Below, piece after piece: positions 1 through 10,395 of a stretch of DNA of 64,000 bases. Where the stretch lies: positions 320,001-384,000 of the forward strand of contig OZ223519.1 in assembly GCA_965140785.1 (NCBI GenBank), in the 5' to 3' direction. Below the pieces are notes generated by a model that did no database searches, was not told the origin of the DNA, and was given only the letters and a program-made list of their open reading frames with translations. The DNA is from an uncultured Ruficoccus sp. (GTDB taxonomy: Bacteria; Verrucomicrobiota; Verrucomicrobiia; Opitutales; Cerasicoccaceae). Within the stretch, counting starts at the first letter, position 1. The number at the start of each line of letters is the position of its first letter. Made by a program: the position numbers and the translations under genes.

Positions 1-53
1 TGACTCCGATCCCGCACAACGGCTGCCGCGCTCCGAAGCGCCGCCGCGTCTAA
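1..53 (+). CDS. rpsK: 30S ribosomal protein S11, C-terminal fragment (runs off window start)
   Basis: Frame from nt 3 reads TPIPHNGCRAPKRRRV*, the conserved S11 C-terminus; lies directly upstream of rpsD. Confidence 0.95.
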   Translation, partial: TPIPHNGCRAPKRRRV

Positions 54-130
54 TTTTCTAAAAACACTCCCGCCGGGGATGGCAAGCCGGCGGGTTCTAA
101 CCCGACTGCCAACCAGATAGATCACACACC

Positions 131-739
131 ATGGCTCGTTATACCGGACCAACCACCCGCATCAACCGCCGCTTCGGCCAGGCGATTTTCGCCCCGAGCA
201 AGGCGTTCGAACGCAAGCCGCACCCTCCCGGCATCCACGGCCCGCGCCTGCGCCGCAAGATTTCCGACTACTCGATCGGCCTGAACGAGAAGCAGAAGCT
301 GCGTTACATGTACGGTCTGACCGAGAAGCAGTTCCGTCGCACCTTTGAAAAGGCCAAAAGCCAGCGTGGCGTTACCGGTGAAATTTTCATGCAGCTGCTT
401 GAAACGCGGCTCGACAACGTGATCTACCAGCTAGGGCTGGCTCGTTCGCGCCAGGCCGCCCGTCAGTTCGTCTGCCACGGCCACATCCAGGTCAACGGCC
501 ACAAGGTGGACATCCCCAGCTACGAAGTGAAGCCGGGTGACATCATCGAAGTGCGCGACCGCACTTCCTCCCGCCAGCTTGCCACGCGCAATCTGGAAGA
601 CAGTCAGTACCGCACGATTCCGGCCTGGCTCGCGCTCGACCATGACGCCCTGCGCGCCACGGCCAACCGCCTCCCCGTCGCCGAAGAGATGGAGCAGGGT
701 ATCAACCTGCAGGTCATCGTTGAGTACTACAGCCGCTAA
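131..739 (+). CDS. rpsD: 30S ribosomal protein S4
   Basis: MARYTGP start, LETRLDN and ARQFVCHGHIQVNGHKVDIPSY S4 motifs; alpha-operon context. Confidence 0.98.
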   Translation: MARYTGPTTRINRRFGQAIFAPSKAFERKPHPPGIHGPRLRRKISDYSIGLNEKQKLRYMYGLTEKQFRRTFEKAKSQRGVTGEIFMQLLETRLDNVIYQLGLARSRQAARQFVCHGHIQVNGHKVDIPSYEVKPGDIIEVRDRTSSRQLATRNLEDSQYRTIPAWLALDHDALRATANRLPVAEEMEQGINLQVIVEYYSR

Positions 740-805
740 TCGCATCCCCTCCTGGGGCGATTTAACGCTGTTTTTATCTAAAAATTCACCCATTCCTTTA
801 TACCT

Positions 806-1861
806 ATGAGCACTGTCGAAGAAGCCACCGCCACCGACCAGAAATCCGCTCCCTCCAACTCGCTCAAGCGCCTGGGCAAGTTCGAGCTTCCCAAGCGCCT
901 GGTCAAGGATGAGGCGACCGCCACCGACACGTTTGCCGCCTTCACCGCCGAGCCGTTTGAAACCGGCTACGGTCACACCATCGGCAACTCCCTGCGCCGC
1001 GTGCTTCTCAGCTCGATTGAGGGCGCCGCGATCAGCAGCATCAAGATCGACGGCGTTGACCACGAGTTCCAGAGCATCGAAGGCGTGGTCGAAGACGTCA
1101 CCGACGTCGTCCTGAACCTGAAAAAAGTTCTCCTGAGCTGCCACCGCCGTGAAGGCGCCCGCCTGCTGATCGACGTGGACAAGGAAGGTCCCGTCACCGC
1201 CGGCGACATCCAGGAAGATGCCAACGTTCAGGTTCTCAATCCCGATCACGTCATCTGTCATCTCGACAAGAAGCGCCGCTTCCTGGCCGAGATCGAGGTC
1301 AAGGTCGGTCGCGGTTTCTGTACCGCCGACGAGAACAAGCGCGAAGAACAGATCATCGGCCTGATTCCGATCGACTCGCTCTTCAGCCCGGTCCGTCTGG
1401 TCAAGTACTCCGTTGAAAACACCCGCGTCGGTCAGATGACCGACTATGACCGGCTCATTCTCGAGGTGAACACCGACGGGCGCATCAGCCCGGACGACGC
1501 CCTCAAGGAAGCCGCCTCCATCCTGCGCCACCACCTGGACGTCTTCGACGAGGTCAGCCAGGAGCGCGTCGAGTTCGAAAGCGAAAGCAAGCAGATCAGC
1601 GAAGAGCAGAACCGCCTGCGCAAGCTGCTCAACATGAGCGTGAACGAAATCGAGCTCTCCGTCCGCGCGGCCAACTGCCTCAACAACGCCAACATCACCA
1701 CCGTCGGCGAGCTGGCCATGAAGACCGAGCAGGAAATGCTCAAGTACCGCAATTTCGGCAAGAAGTCGCTCAACGAGATCAAGGCCAAGCTCGAGCAGCT
1801 GGGTCTGTCCCTGGGCATGAAGCTCGACGAGCGTCTTCTGGAAAAAACCATCAGCGAATAA
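806..1861 (+). CDS. rpoA: RNA polymerase alpha subunit
   Basis: EPFETGYGHTIGNSLRRVLLSSIEG; C-terminal domain ELSVRAANCL...NFGKKSLNEI. Confidence 0.99.
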   Translation: MSTVEEATATDQKSAPSNSLKRLGKFELPKRLVKDEATATDTFAAFTAEPFETGYGHTIGNSLRRVLLSSIEGAAISSIKIDGVDHEFQSIEGVVEDVTDVVLNLKKVLLSCHRREGARLLIDVDKEGPVTAGDIQEDANVQVLNPDHVICHLDKKRRFLAEIEVKVGRGFCTADENKREEQIIGLIPIDSLFSPVRLVKYSVENTRVGQMTDYDRLILEVNTDGRISPDDALKEAASILRHHLDVFDEVSQERVEFESESKQISEEQNRLRKLLNMSVNEIELSVRAANCLNNANITTVGELAMKTEQEMLKYRNFGKKSLNEIKAKLEQLGLSLGMKLDERLLEKTISE

Positions 1862-1883
1862 CCTTACTCACATCTTTTAAGTC

Positions 1884-2477
1884 ATGCGCCACAACAAACA
1901 CCGGCACGTACTGGGGGTCAAAACGGCCCACCGCAGCGCGCTCATGGCAAATCTCGCGACCGCTTTGTTCAAGCACGGTCGCATTCAGACGACCTTGTCC
2001 AAGGCCAAGGCCCTTCGTCCCTTTGCCGAAAAGTTGATCACGCTCGCCTGCAAGGCCGAAGCCACCGACGATGCTGCCCGCAAGCTGCACTACCGCCGCC
2101 AGGCTATCGCCAAGGTGCGCGATGTCGCCGCCGTCAAGCAGCTCTTCGATGAGCGCGTCAGCGAGTTCACCGCCCGTAACGGCGGCTACTGCCGCATCTA
2201 CAAGCTCGTGCCCCGTATCGGCGACGCCGCCGACATGGCCATCATCGAGCTGATCGCCGCCGACGACGAAGGCTACGCCAAGCCGAAGCGCAAGGGTGCC
2301 AAGAAGACGGCCAAGGCCAAGAAGACTGCCAAGCCCGCCAAGGAGCCCAAGGCCGAAGAGGCCGCCACGGAGGAAGCCCCGGCTTCTGAAGAAGCTCCCG
2401 TCGAAGAGGCCAAGGCTGAAGAGCCCAAAGCCGAAGCTGAAGAGCCCAAGGCCGAAAAGACCGAGGAGAAGAAGTAA
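1884..2477 (+). CDS. rplQ: 50S ribosomal protein L17 with K/E/A-rich C-terminal extension
   Basis: MRH...GRIQTTLSKAKALR, RNGGYCRI, RIGDAADMAIIEL. Confidence 0.97.
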   Translation: MRHNKHRHVLGVKTAHRSALMANLATALFKHGRIQTTLSKAKALRPFAEKLITLACKAEATDDAARKLHYRRQAIAKVRDVAAVKQLFDERVSEFTARNGGYCRIYKLVPRIGDAADMAIIELIAADDEGYAKPKRKGAKKTAKAKKTAKPAKEPKAEEAATEEAPASEEAPVEEAKAEEPKAEAEEPKAEKTEEKK

Positions 2478-2514
2478 CGCCCGCTTTTTGCCAGGCATGA
2501 AACCTTTCCCTGCG

Positions 2515-2550
2515 ACGCGCCTCCCTGCCGGAGCGCGTCGCTTTGCTTTT
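2515..2550 (+). terminator. Probable intrinsic terminator of the alpha operon
   Basis: GCGACGCGC/GCGCGTCGC stem followed by TTTGCTTTT. Confidence 0.6.
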
Positions 2551-2558
2551 AGCCTGAC

Positions 2559-2792
2559 GTGATCGACATTGATTTTTCCGTATTCACATTTCTTTACGTC
2601 AGCTTGGGTATGGCGGTCATCCTCGGTTTGTGGTTCTACTACGACCGCCGGGACGTCTCCCTCTACGAGCGCATCCGCGTTCGCCACACCTTTCATTGTA
2701 TCAAGTGCGGCACCCTCTACTCGGACAGGGGCACGCGCGAAGTTTCCCGCTGTCCGCATTGCGGGTTTGAAAACGCCAAATTGAAATTCTGA
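2559..2792 (+). CDS. Small membrane-anchored zinc-ribbon protein
   Basis: N-terminal hydrophobic helix followed by CIKC...CPHC; sits just upstream of guaA on the same strand. Confidence 0.75.
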   Translation: MIDIDFSVFTFLYVSLGMAVILGLWFYYDRRDVSLYERIRVRHTFHCIKCGTLYSDRGTREVSRCPHCGFENAKLKF

Positions 2793-2816
2793 TTTTGGCC
2801 CTAGTCCCATAATCTC

Positions 2817-4355
2817 ATGTCTCAGATCATCGCAGTTCTCGATTTCGGTTCGCAGTACACGCAGGTCATCGCCCGGCGCATCCGCGAATGTAACGTCTAC
2901 TCCAAGATCTACCCCTTCGGTGTCAGCGCGGCTGAGCTGAAGAAGGACGAGGTCAAGGGCATCATCCTCTCGGGCGGCCCGAGCAGCGTACTGCTGCCGA
3001 AGTCCCCGCGCCCGGACCCGAAGATTTTCGAGCTCGGCGTCCCGGTATTGGGAATCTGCTACGGCGTGCAGCTGATCGGTCACCTACTCGGCGGCAAGGT
3101 CGAGAAGAGCCGCCAGCGCGAGTACGGCAAGGGCACGCTCAAAATCCGCAAAAAGGGCAAGCTCCTGGCCGGTATCTCCTCGGGTATCCAGGTCTGGAAC
3201 TCGCATGGCGACCGCGTGATCAAATTGCCCAAGGGCTTCGAGGCCATCGCCTCGACCGAGAACTCCGACGTCGCCGTGGTCCAGGACGCCAAGCGCCAGA
3301 TCTACGGCATGCAGTTCCACCCCGAGGTCGTCCACACCGACCAGGGTATTGATATTATCCGGAATTTCCTCGTCGGCATTTGCCGCTGCAAGGGCGACTG
3401 GCAGATGTCGGACTATGTGGAGACCGCCGTGCAGGCGATCCGCGACCAGGTCGGCGACCGCCGCGTGATTCTCGGCCTCAGCGGCGGCGTGGACTCTTCC
3501 GTGGCCGCGGCCCTCATCCACAAGGCCATCGGCAAGCAGCTCACCTGCGTCTTCGTGGACAACGGCCTGCTGCGCAAGGGCGAACGCGACAAAGTGGACC
3601 GTATTTTCCGCGAGCACTTTAAAATCAACCTCAAGGTGGCCAAGTCCGGCCCGCGCTTCCTCAAGAAACTCAAGGGCGTGACCGACCCCGAGAAGAAGCG
3701 CAAGATCATCGGGCGCGAGTTCATCGAAGTCTTTGACGAGGCGGTGAAAAAGATCGGCGAGGTGGACTTCCTCGCGCAGGGGACCCTGTACCCCGACGTG
3801 ATCGAGAGTGTCGCCATCGGCGGCAACCCGGCCGCGCTGATCAAGAGCCACCACAATGTCGGCGGCCTGCCCAAGCGCATGAAGCTCAAGCTTTTGGAGC
3901 CGCTGCGGGAACTCTTTAAGGACGAAGTCCGCGCCCTCGGCGAGGAACTCGGCCTGCCCAAGGAAATGGTCTGGCGCCATCCTTTCCCCGGTCCCGGCCT
4001 CGGCGTGCGCGTCATCGGCGAGATCAAGTCCAGCTACCTGAAGATTCTCCGCGAGGCCGACTTTATCCTGCTGGAGGAGATGAAGCGGACCGGCTACTAC
4101 GAAAAGGTTTGGCAGGCTTTCTGTGTGTTCCTGCCGGTGCAGACGGTCGGCGTGATGGGCGACGAGCGCACCTATGACTACGTCATCGCCGTGCGGGTGG
4201 TCGAGAGTCAGGACGCCATGACGGCGAACTGGGCCCACATCCCCCACGACATCCTGCAGACGATTTCCTCCCGCATCATCAACGAGGTCACGGGCGTCAA
4301 CCGTGTGGTGCTCGATATCAGCTCGAAGCCGCCCAGCACGATCGAGTGGGAATAG
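2817..4355 (+). CDS. guaA: GMP synthase (glutamine-hydrolysing)
   Basis: [46 protein letters not shown]. Confidence 0.99.
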   Translation: MSQIIAVLDFGSQYTQVIARRIRECNVYSKIYPFGVSAAELKKDEVKGIILSGGPSSVLLPKSPRPDPKIFELGVPVLGICYGVQLIGHLLGGKVEKSRQREYGKGTLKIRKKGKLLAGISSGIQVWNSHGDRVIKLPKGFEAIASTENSDVAVVQDAKRQIYGMQFHPEVVHTDQGIDIIRNFLVGICRCKGDWQMSDYVETAVQAIRDQVGDRRVILGLSGGVDSSVAAALIHKAIGKQLTCVFVDNGLLRKGERDKVDRIFREHFKINLKVAKSGPRFLKKLKGVTDPEKKRKIIGREFIEVFDEAVKKIGEVDFLAQGTLYPDVIESVAIGGNPAALIKSHHNVGGLPKRMKLKLLEPLRELFKDEVRALGEELGLPKEMVWRHPFPGPGLGVRVIGEIKSSYLKILREADFILLEEMKRTGYYEKVWQAFCVFLPVQTVGVMGDERTYDYVIAVRVVESQDAMTANWAHIPHDILQTISSRIINEVTGVNRVVLDISSKPPSTIEWE

Positions 4356-4440
4356 TCCCGGCGGGCGCTCTCCGCCCGCGCGGAACTTGGGCACTTTTTG
4401 GTTCACTCCCTGTCAAAATACCCTATTGGATACAATCCCT

Positions 4441-5184
4441 ATGACTCGTTGCCACACCTTCCTTGCCCTTACCCTGATGTTCACCTCGTCCCTCAGCGCC
4501 GCGGAGGTGGACGATATCCTGGCCAAGGCGCGCGCCCGTCTCGGCCCGGAGCAGAAGCTGGAGGCGGTCGAGAGCATTCAGTATGAGGGCCAGGTTTACG
4601 GCCCCGACGGCGAAAAGCTCGACACTCTGGATTTGACCTTCACAAAGCCGGACAAGCAACTGCTGATCGTTGAGTCGGAGACGCTGAAGCGTTCGACGGG
4701 CGTTAACGGTTTCGAGGGCTTCGTCGAGGTCATTAACAAGGAGGACCCGTACAAGAGCGGCGTCATCGTGTTGGATTTCAACCGGGTGCGCCGACTGCTG
4801 GCCAACGCGGCGGAGAACCTCTACTTTTTCAACGGGCCGCGTCAGCGCACCGGCGGGACGATCACGCTGGAGGGCACCCAGGAGGTCCACGGGCACGATT
4901 GCTATAAGCTGCGCTTCGCTTATCCGTGCGGGCTGTTCTACATCCGTTATTTCGACAAGACCACCTACGAGCTGGTCTCCACCATCAACGGCGAGAGCAA
5001 TCAGGAGCTGATCGAGAGCGACACCGCGCAGGTCAACGGCATTCTCTTCCCCAAAAAAGTCGAGACCTACGACGAGGAGGGTGATTTGATTCGCACCGTG
5101 GTCTTTGAAAAGATTCTGATAAACGAGCCGGTGGACAATTCTATCTTTGATTTTCCCGCCATACCCGGTTCACTGAATCGGTAA
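4441..5184 (+). CDS. Exported LolA-like / lipoprotein-sorting fold protein
   Basis: Signal peptide from ATG 4441; DCYKL..., VNGILFPKKV and INEPVDNSIFDFP pattern typical of LolA-like proteins; stop overlaps the hisD start. Confidence 0.6.
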   Translation: MTRCHTFLALTLMFTSSLSAAEVDDILAKARARLGPEQKLEAVESIQYEGQVYGPDGEKLDTLDLTFTKPDKQLLIVESETLKRSTGVNGFEGFVEVINKEDPYKSGVIVLDFNRVRRLLANAAENLYFFNGPRQRTGGTITLEGTQEVHGHDCYKLRFAYPCGLFYIRYFDKTTYELVSTINGESNQELIESDTAQVNGILFPKKVETYDEEGDLIRTVVFEKILINEPVDNSIFDFPAIPGSLNR

Positions 5185-6488
5185 TGGCAGGAAAATTTCT
5201 GAACTATGAGACGCCGGGTGTTCCGGCCCGGCTGATCAAGCAGCGTGAGCAGGCGTTGAGCGACGCCTCCGTCGCGGCCACCGTCCGGGAGATTCTGGAG
5301 GCGGTCAGCAAGCAGGGCGACAAGGCCGTGCTGCGCTATACGGCGAAGTTCGACCGCGCCCGCCTCAAGGCCGCCGACCTGCGCGTCGATCCCGAGGAGC
5401 TTAAGGCCGCGCCGAAGAGCCTGACGCCCGCCCGGCGCAAGGCCATCCGCGAGTCCATCGCCGGGGTGAGCGAGTTCCACCGCCGCACACTGCCCAAGGC
5501 CTGGCGGGCCAAGAACCGCCACGGTGCCACCGTGGGCGAGGAGTTTTACCCGATCGAACGGGCCGGCCTTTACATCCCCGGCGGCCAGGTGCCGCTGGTT
5601 TCGACCGTTATCATGTCGGCCATTCCGGCCCGGCTCGCGGGTGTCCCGCAGATGGTTGTCTGCACGCCGCCCCAGGCCGACGGCTCCGTCAATCCCGGTC
5701 TGCTGGCCGCGCTGCACTACTGCGGCGTGACGGAAGTTTATAAGCTCGGCGGCGTCCAGGCCATGGCCGCCCTGGCCTTCGGGACGAAGACAGTCCCGCG
5801 CGTGGACAAGGTGTACGGCCCCGGTAACGCCTACGTGATGGAGGCCAAGCGCCAGCTTTTCGGCCAGGTCGGGGTGGACCTGTTGCCCGGCCCGAGCGAG
5901 ATCCTCGTCGTCGCCGATGCGGCGGCCAACCCGGCCTTTATCGCCTCGGACCTGCTGGCCCAGGCCGAGCACGGCACCGGCAAGGAAAAGGTTTACCTCG
6001 TCTCAACCTCCGAGAAGGTGATCAAGGAGGTGGACGCCGAGTTGAAAAAGCAAGTCGGCTCACTTTCGCACGCGACCAAGATCAAGGCCGTATTGAAAAA
6101 GCACTACACAGCGGTCAAGGTTAAGTCGCTGGAGCAGGCCGCCGAAGCAGCCAATCTCATCGCTCCCGAGCACCTGGAGCTCCAGGTGGAGAAGGGGCGC
6201 GAGCGCAAGCTGATCAAGTCCATCACCACGGCGGGCGCGATCCTCGTCGGCGGCTACACGCCGACCGTGCTGGGCGACTTCGTCGCCGGGCCGAGCCACA
6301 CGCTGCCCACTGACCGCACGGGCCGTTTCTTCAGCGGCCTGCAGGTGTGGGACTTCATGCGCCGCACGAGCATCGTCCACTACGATAAGCGCAGCGGGAC
6401 CAAAGCCTGGCCGACGGTGGAGGCTTTCGGCGAGATGGAGCAGCTTGACGCGCACAGCCGTTCGCTCAAGATACGCCTGGAATCATGA
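5184..6488 (+). CDS. hisD: Histidinol dehydrogenase
   Basis: GLYIPGG, GPGNAYV, PGPSE, DLLAQAEH, APEHLEL, GPSHTLPT. Confidence 0.98.
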   Translation: MAGKFLNYETPGVPARLIKQREQALSDASVAATVREILEAVSKQGDKAVLRYTAKFDRARLKAADLRVDPEELKAAPKSLTPARRKAIRESIAGVSEFHRRTLPKAWRAKNRHGATVGEEFYPIERAGLYIPGGQVPLVSTVIMSAIPARLAGVPQMVVCTPPQADGSVNPGLLAALHYCGVTEVYKLGGVQAMAALAFGTKTVPRVDKVYGPGNAYVMEAKRQLFGQVGVDLLPGPSEILVVADAAANPAFIASDLLAQAEHGTGKEKVYLVSTSEKVIKEVDAELKKQVGSLSHATKIKAVLKKHYTAVKVKSLEQAAEAANLIAPEHLELQVEKGRERKLIKSITTAGAILVGGYTPTVLGDFVAGPSHTLPTDRTGRFFSGLQVWDFMRRTSIVHYDKRSGTKAWPTVEAFGEMEQLDAHSRSLKIRLES

Positions 6489-7591
6489 ACAAGGGCTATA
6501 ATCCGCTTTCGCGCGCCAATCCCCACATCCGGCGCCTGCATGCCTATGTCCCTGGTCAGCAGCCCAGTGGCGGCGACTGGGTCAAGCTCAACACGAATGA
6601 GAACCCGTACCCGCCCAGCCCGAAGGTGCTGGAGGCGATCCAGGCCGAGCTGGCGGGGGAGGGGACGCGCCTGCGGCTGTACCCGAACCCCCTCTCCATC
6701 CCTCTGCGGCAGGCGCTGGCCGCCCACCACGGGCTCAAGCCGCCTCAGGTGCTGGCCGGAAACGGAGCCGACGACGTACTGAACCTGCTCATGCGCGCCT
6801 TTGCCGGGCCGGAGCGTCCCGCCGGGATGACCAGCCCGAGCTATTCGCTCTACGCAGTGCTGGCCGAGGTGCAGCAGGCAAAAATGGTGGAGGTGTCCTT
6901 TGACCGCTCGATGACGCTCGATCCCGCGGCGATCCGCGCCTGCGGGGCGAATATCTTTTTCCTGACCTCGCCCAATGCCCCGACCGGGGTGGGCTTTTCG
7001 CGCAAGGAGGTCGAGGCGGCCGCTGCGGCCTTCGAGGGGATCTTTGTCATCGACGAGACCTACGCGCCCTTTGCCGCCGAGGATGCCATTCCGCTGCTGG
7101 CCCGGCATCCGAATGTCGTTATCGTGCGCAGCTTTTCCAAGGCGTACTCGCTGGCCGGGCTGCGCGTGGGCTACGCGCTGGCCTCGGCGGAGATCATTGA
7201 GGTGCTCGACCGGGTGCGCGAGAGCTATAATCTCGACCGCCTGGCGCAGGCCGGGGCGCTGGCCGCGCTCAGCGATGCCGAGTACTACCGCCGCGCGAGC
7301 GCGGATATCCTCGCCATGCGCGCGCAAATGGCAGACTGGTACAGCGACAAGGGCTGGTTCTGCTATCCCTCGGCGACGAATTTCCACTTCGTCGAGCCGC
7401 AGACCAGCGCGGGGGAGACCGGGGCGGCCGTGGCCGAGAGCCTTTACAACGCCTTGAGCGGGCGGCGGGTTTTGGTCCGTTACTTCCCCAAGCATCCCTT
7501 GACTCAGGGCTTTCTGCGCGTCACTCTTGGCACCGATAAGGAGATGCAGCGCTACCGCGATGCAGTGGACTCATGGCTGAAAACACACTAG
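6485..7591 (+). CDS. hisC: Histidinol-phosphate aminotransferase
   Basis: [39 protein letters not shown]. Confidence 0.97.
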   Translation: MNKGYNPLSRANPHIRRLHAYVPGQQPSGGDWVKLNTNENPYPPSPKVLEAIQAELAGEGTRLRLYPNPLSIPLRQALAAHHGLKPPQVLAGNGADDVLNLLMRAFAGPERPAGMTSPSYSLYAVLAEVQQAKMVEVSFDRSMTLDPAAIRACGANIFFLTSPNAPTGVGFSRKEVEAAAAAFEGIFVIDETYAPFAAEDAIPLLARHPNVVIVRSFSKAYSLAGLRVGYALASAEIIEVLDRVRESYNLDRLAQAGALAALSDAEYYRRASADILAMRAQMADWYSDKGWFCYPSATNFHFVEPQTSAGETGAAVAESLYNALSGRRVLVRYFPKHPLTQGFLRVTLGTDKEMQRYRDAVDSWLKTH

Positions 7592-8181
7592 AACGCCGCT
7601 CCGAGCGGACCCGCACCACGAAGGAGACCGACATCTCCCTGACCCTCTGCCTCGACGGTAGCGGACAGGTTGAGATCGACACCGGGATTCCCTTCGTGGA
7701 CCACATGCTGGACCTGTTCGCCCGTCACGGGCTCTTTGATCTCACGGTCAAGGCTTCCGGCGACCTGGCGGTGGACTATCACCACACGGTCGAAGATCTC
7801 GGCATCGTGCTCGGTGAGGCGTTCAAGGAAGCCCTCGGGGACAAAAAAGGCATCGTGCGCTACGGATTCTTCCTCCTGCCGATGGACGAAACGCTGGTGC
7901 GCGTGGCGCTCGATCTGAGCAACCGCCCGCTGTTCGTCTATAAGGTGGAGGCGCCGGTCCTGATGGTCCGCGACTTCAACATCGCGCTGTTCAAGGAGTT
8001 TTTCCAAGCCTTTGCCAACAGTTGCGGAGCGAACCTGCACCTGTGCCTGGAGTACGGTGAGGAGCCTCACCACGTAGCCGAAGCGCTCTTCAAGGGCTTC
8101 GCCCGCGCTCTCGACATGGCCACCCGCGTCGATCCGCGCCAGGCCGACAGCCTCCCCAGCACCAAGGGCCTGCTCACGTAG
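7573..8181 (+). CDS. hisB: Imidazoleglycerol-phosphate dehydratase
   Basis: [37 protein letters not shown]. Confidence 0.98.
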   Translation: MAENTLERRSERTRTTKETDISLTLCLDGSGQVEIDTGIPFVDHMLDLFARHGLFDLTVKASGDLAVDYHHTVEDLGIVLGEAFKEALGDKKGIVRYGFFLLPMDETLVRVALDLSNRPLFVYKVEAPVLMVRDFNIALFKEFFQAFANSCGANLHLCLEYGEEPHHVAEALFKGFARALDMATRVDPRQADSLPSTKGLLT

Positions 8182-8358
8182 GCAGGACAGAGTCCTGCAC
8201 CTGTGATGCTTGCGCATCACTGATGCCGCCGCGTTGGCGGTGGCATGGGTAACTGCGGTGGACGCCGACTCGTACGAATTTCGTGCACCTAGCTTGAGCA
8301 GGGGTGAGCATGCTGTCGGCACTTTATGCCATTTCGCTTTAGAAATGAGACTTTTGTT

Positions 8359-8423
8359 TTTATCCATAGATGGGCACAGATTTCTCCTGCGTAAAAAAAA
8401 TCCGCATTTCATCCGTGGCTAAA
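8359..8423. repeat. Degenerate CCACGGAT...ATCCGTGG-family palindrome
   Basis: tccatagatgggcacagat ... atccgcatttcatccgtggctaaa resembles the copies at 11848 and 20283. Confidence 0.5.
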
Positions 8424-8468
8424 TAATCACCTCAAAGCAGAGGAGACACGGTATTACTATGGACTGCT

Positions 8469-8744
8469 CTAGAGCATTTTCGTTTTAATCTGTCGCACTC
8501 GGCTGAGCTGATTTTAAGTACTGGCAAGGCTCTTTCAAGGGACTTGGGCTGGAAGCCCTGGCCCCTTGAAAGGAACGCCGCCAGGCTTAATATCAGCCAG
8601 TCCATTCGGATGGGGTCTGTCTTGCGGCTCGCGGCGTTGGCTGGGGGACTTACGGGCTTCCAGCCCGCTACGCTCCCAGCCGCCTGCCGAGCCTTCAAGA
8701 CATTTCCCCACTGAGTGCGACTGATTAAAGCGAAAGTGCTCTAG
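8469..8744. mobile_element. MITE-like non-autonomous element (276 bp) with 32-bp terminal inverted repeats
   Basis: 8469-8500 CTAGAGCATTTTCGTTTTAATCTGTCGCACTC matches the reverse complement of 8713-8744 with 3 mismatches; CTAG at both ends; internal GC hairpin; no transposase. Confidence 0.75.
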
Positions 8745-8747
8745 CGG

Positions 8748-9527
8748 TCAGACTTGACCGCTGTTGACGCATCGTGCCCGGATGCTGGCGCAGGCGTTCT
8801 GATGAGGCAGCGCGGTGTCTTCCAGTATCTGGGGATCGAGCTCGAATTTCGGGTCCGGCTGGGTTTTGACGATACTGCCGCTCATGATATTCTCTGAGGG
8901 ATCGCCAAAGTAGCGTTTGCCGGTTCGTTCAAACTGCGAATAGTGGGTATCAATGTCCTGTTTGAGGCCCAGCCAGGATTTCAGGTCTTTCAAAAGCGCT
9001 TCCGGCTTATCGATCAGGTCACCGGAGTCGATGTAGAAGGGGTCCGTTTTGAGTTTCCTGGCCAGGGACTCCAAGCCTGCCAGGCGCTCAAGGTAATAGT
9101 TTTTCGCCTGCGTCGTCAGTTCGTTAATATCATTGGATTGCGAACGGCGCATTTTCACAATGCTGCGGATGGTTTCACCGGGTTCGCGGATCATAAAAAT
9201 GATCTTGGTTTTCGGACTGTTTAATACCGTGGGAGACAGCTCGAAAGCATTGTGGAGGACTTTATCGACGAACCAGACGATATTTTCTTTTTCTTTAAAT
9301 TCATGGAGCAATTCGAGTTTTACCTTCCAGGTATCGACGCTGCCCCGGTATTGCCGGTGAAGTTCCCGGTAGCCGCACATCTGCGGATGGCTTCCGAGAA
9401 TATGTGCCAAGAGGGTGGAGCGGCTCCTCATATGGCTGAGGACCAGTAACAGTTTGGATTCACACGCGATGAAGCGGGCGTTCTGCAAAAGCAGCTTTGT
9501 CTTGGATAGCTTGGCTTCTAGCGACAT
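8748..9527 (-). CDS. Sulfotransferase family protein
   Basis: SHMRSRSTLLAHILGSHP (5'-PSB-like loop) and IIFMIREPGETIRS (3'-PB-like motif); visibly lower GC than flanks. Confidence 0.75.
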   Translation of the reverse strand: MSLEAKLSKTKLLLQNARFIACESKLLLVLSHMRSRSTLLAHILGSHPQMCGYRELHRQYRGSVDTWKVKLELLHEFKEKENIVWFVDKVLHNAFELSPTVLNSPKTKIIFMIREPGETIRSIVKMRRSQSNDINELTTQAKNYYLERLAGLESLARKLKTDPFYIDSGDLIDKPEALLKDLKSWLGLKQDIDTHYSQFERTGKRYFGDPSENIMSGSIVKTQPDPKFELDPQILEDTALPHQNACASIRARCVNSGQV

Positions 9528-9710
9528 GACGCTGAGTAGAATCGCATAGTTTCCAGCAGGTCGCCAAGCTTAAGACTTCGCTTTTGGGCAGGAGGTTTTG
9601 GGCGTTTATCCACGGTGAAAGGGCCGAAAAGCCTTCCGCATCGAGCCATGCATGCGCCTGCGTGCAACCCGGGTTGACAAAACCGTTGGGGGACGGCAGG
9701 TTAGCGGCGC

Positions 9711-10340
9711 ATGAGGGATCAAGCCCCAATCGTTACTGTCATCGACCCGGAAATGGGCAACCTGCGCAGCGTTTGCCGCGCCTGGGAACACGCCGGCGCA
9801 CAAATCCGGCTCGCGTCGACGCCCGAAGGAGTGGAGGAGACCGCTGCGCTGGTTTTTCCGGGGCAGGGCGCTATCCCGCACTGCATGGCGCGCCTGGAGA
9901 AGACCGGCTGGGCGCAGACGATCAAGGAATGGATCGCGCAGGATAAGCCTTTTTTCGGCATCTGTCTGGGCTTGCAGACGCTTTTCGAGCACTCCGAGGA
10001 GGGCGACACGCCGGGGCTGGGCATTTTCCCCGGTCGGGTGAAGCGTTTCCGTCTCGGGTCCGAGTACAAGATCCCCCACATGGGCTGGAATGCCGTGCGT
10101 TTCCGGGGCGAAAGTCCTCCGCTGACCGAAGGAATCGACCCCGAGCGGGACCAGTTTTACTTCGTCCACAGCTACCATGTGGAGACGGGGGAGGAGGGCC
10201 TGATTTGGGGCGAAACCGTCTATGGCTATCCTTTCGTCAGTGCGATTGCGCATGGAAACTGCTATGCGACTCAGTTCCACCCGGAAAAAAGTCAGGCCAA
10301 AGGCTTGCAAATGTATGCCAACTTCGTGAACTTTCTCTAA
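9711..10340 (+). CDS. hisH: Imidazole glycerol phosphate synthase glutaminase subunit
   Basis: GNLRSV, PGQG, GICLGLQ, PHMGWN, YFVHSY, QFHPEKS. Confidence 0.97.
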   Translation: MRDQAPIVTVIDPEMGNLRSVCRAWEHAGAQIRLASTPEGVEETAALVFPGQGAIPHCMARLEKTGWAQTIKEWIAQDKPFFGICLGLQTLFEHSEEGDTPGLGIFPGRVKRFRLGSEYKIPHMGWNAVRFRGESPPLTEGIDPERDQFYFVHSYHVETGEEGLIWGETVYGYPFVSAIAHGNCYATQFHPEKSQAKGLQMYANFVNFL

Positions 10341-10395
10341 GGCGAGGTATTACTTTACCTACGTTATCAATATAGACCCTTAAAAAGCATTGCTC

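Noticed and set aside
2280..2477. Repetitive K/E/A/P tail of L17 as a novel domain
   Set aside because: Low-complexity L17 extensions are common in several phyla
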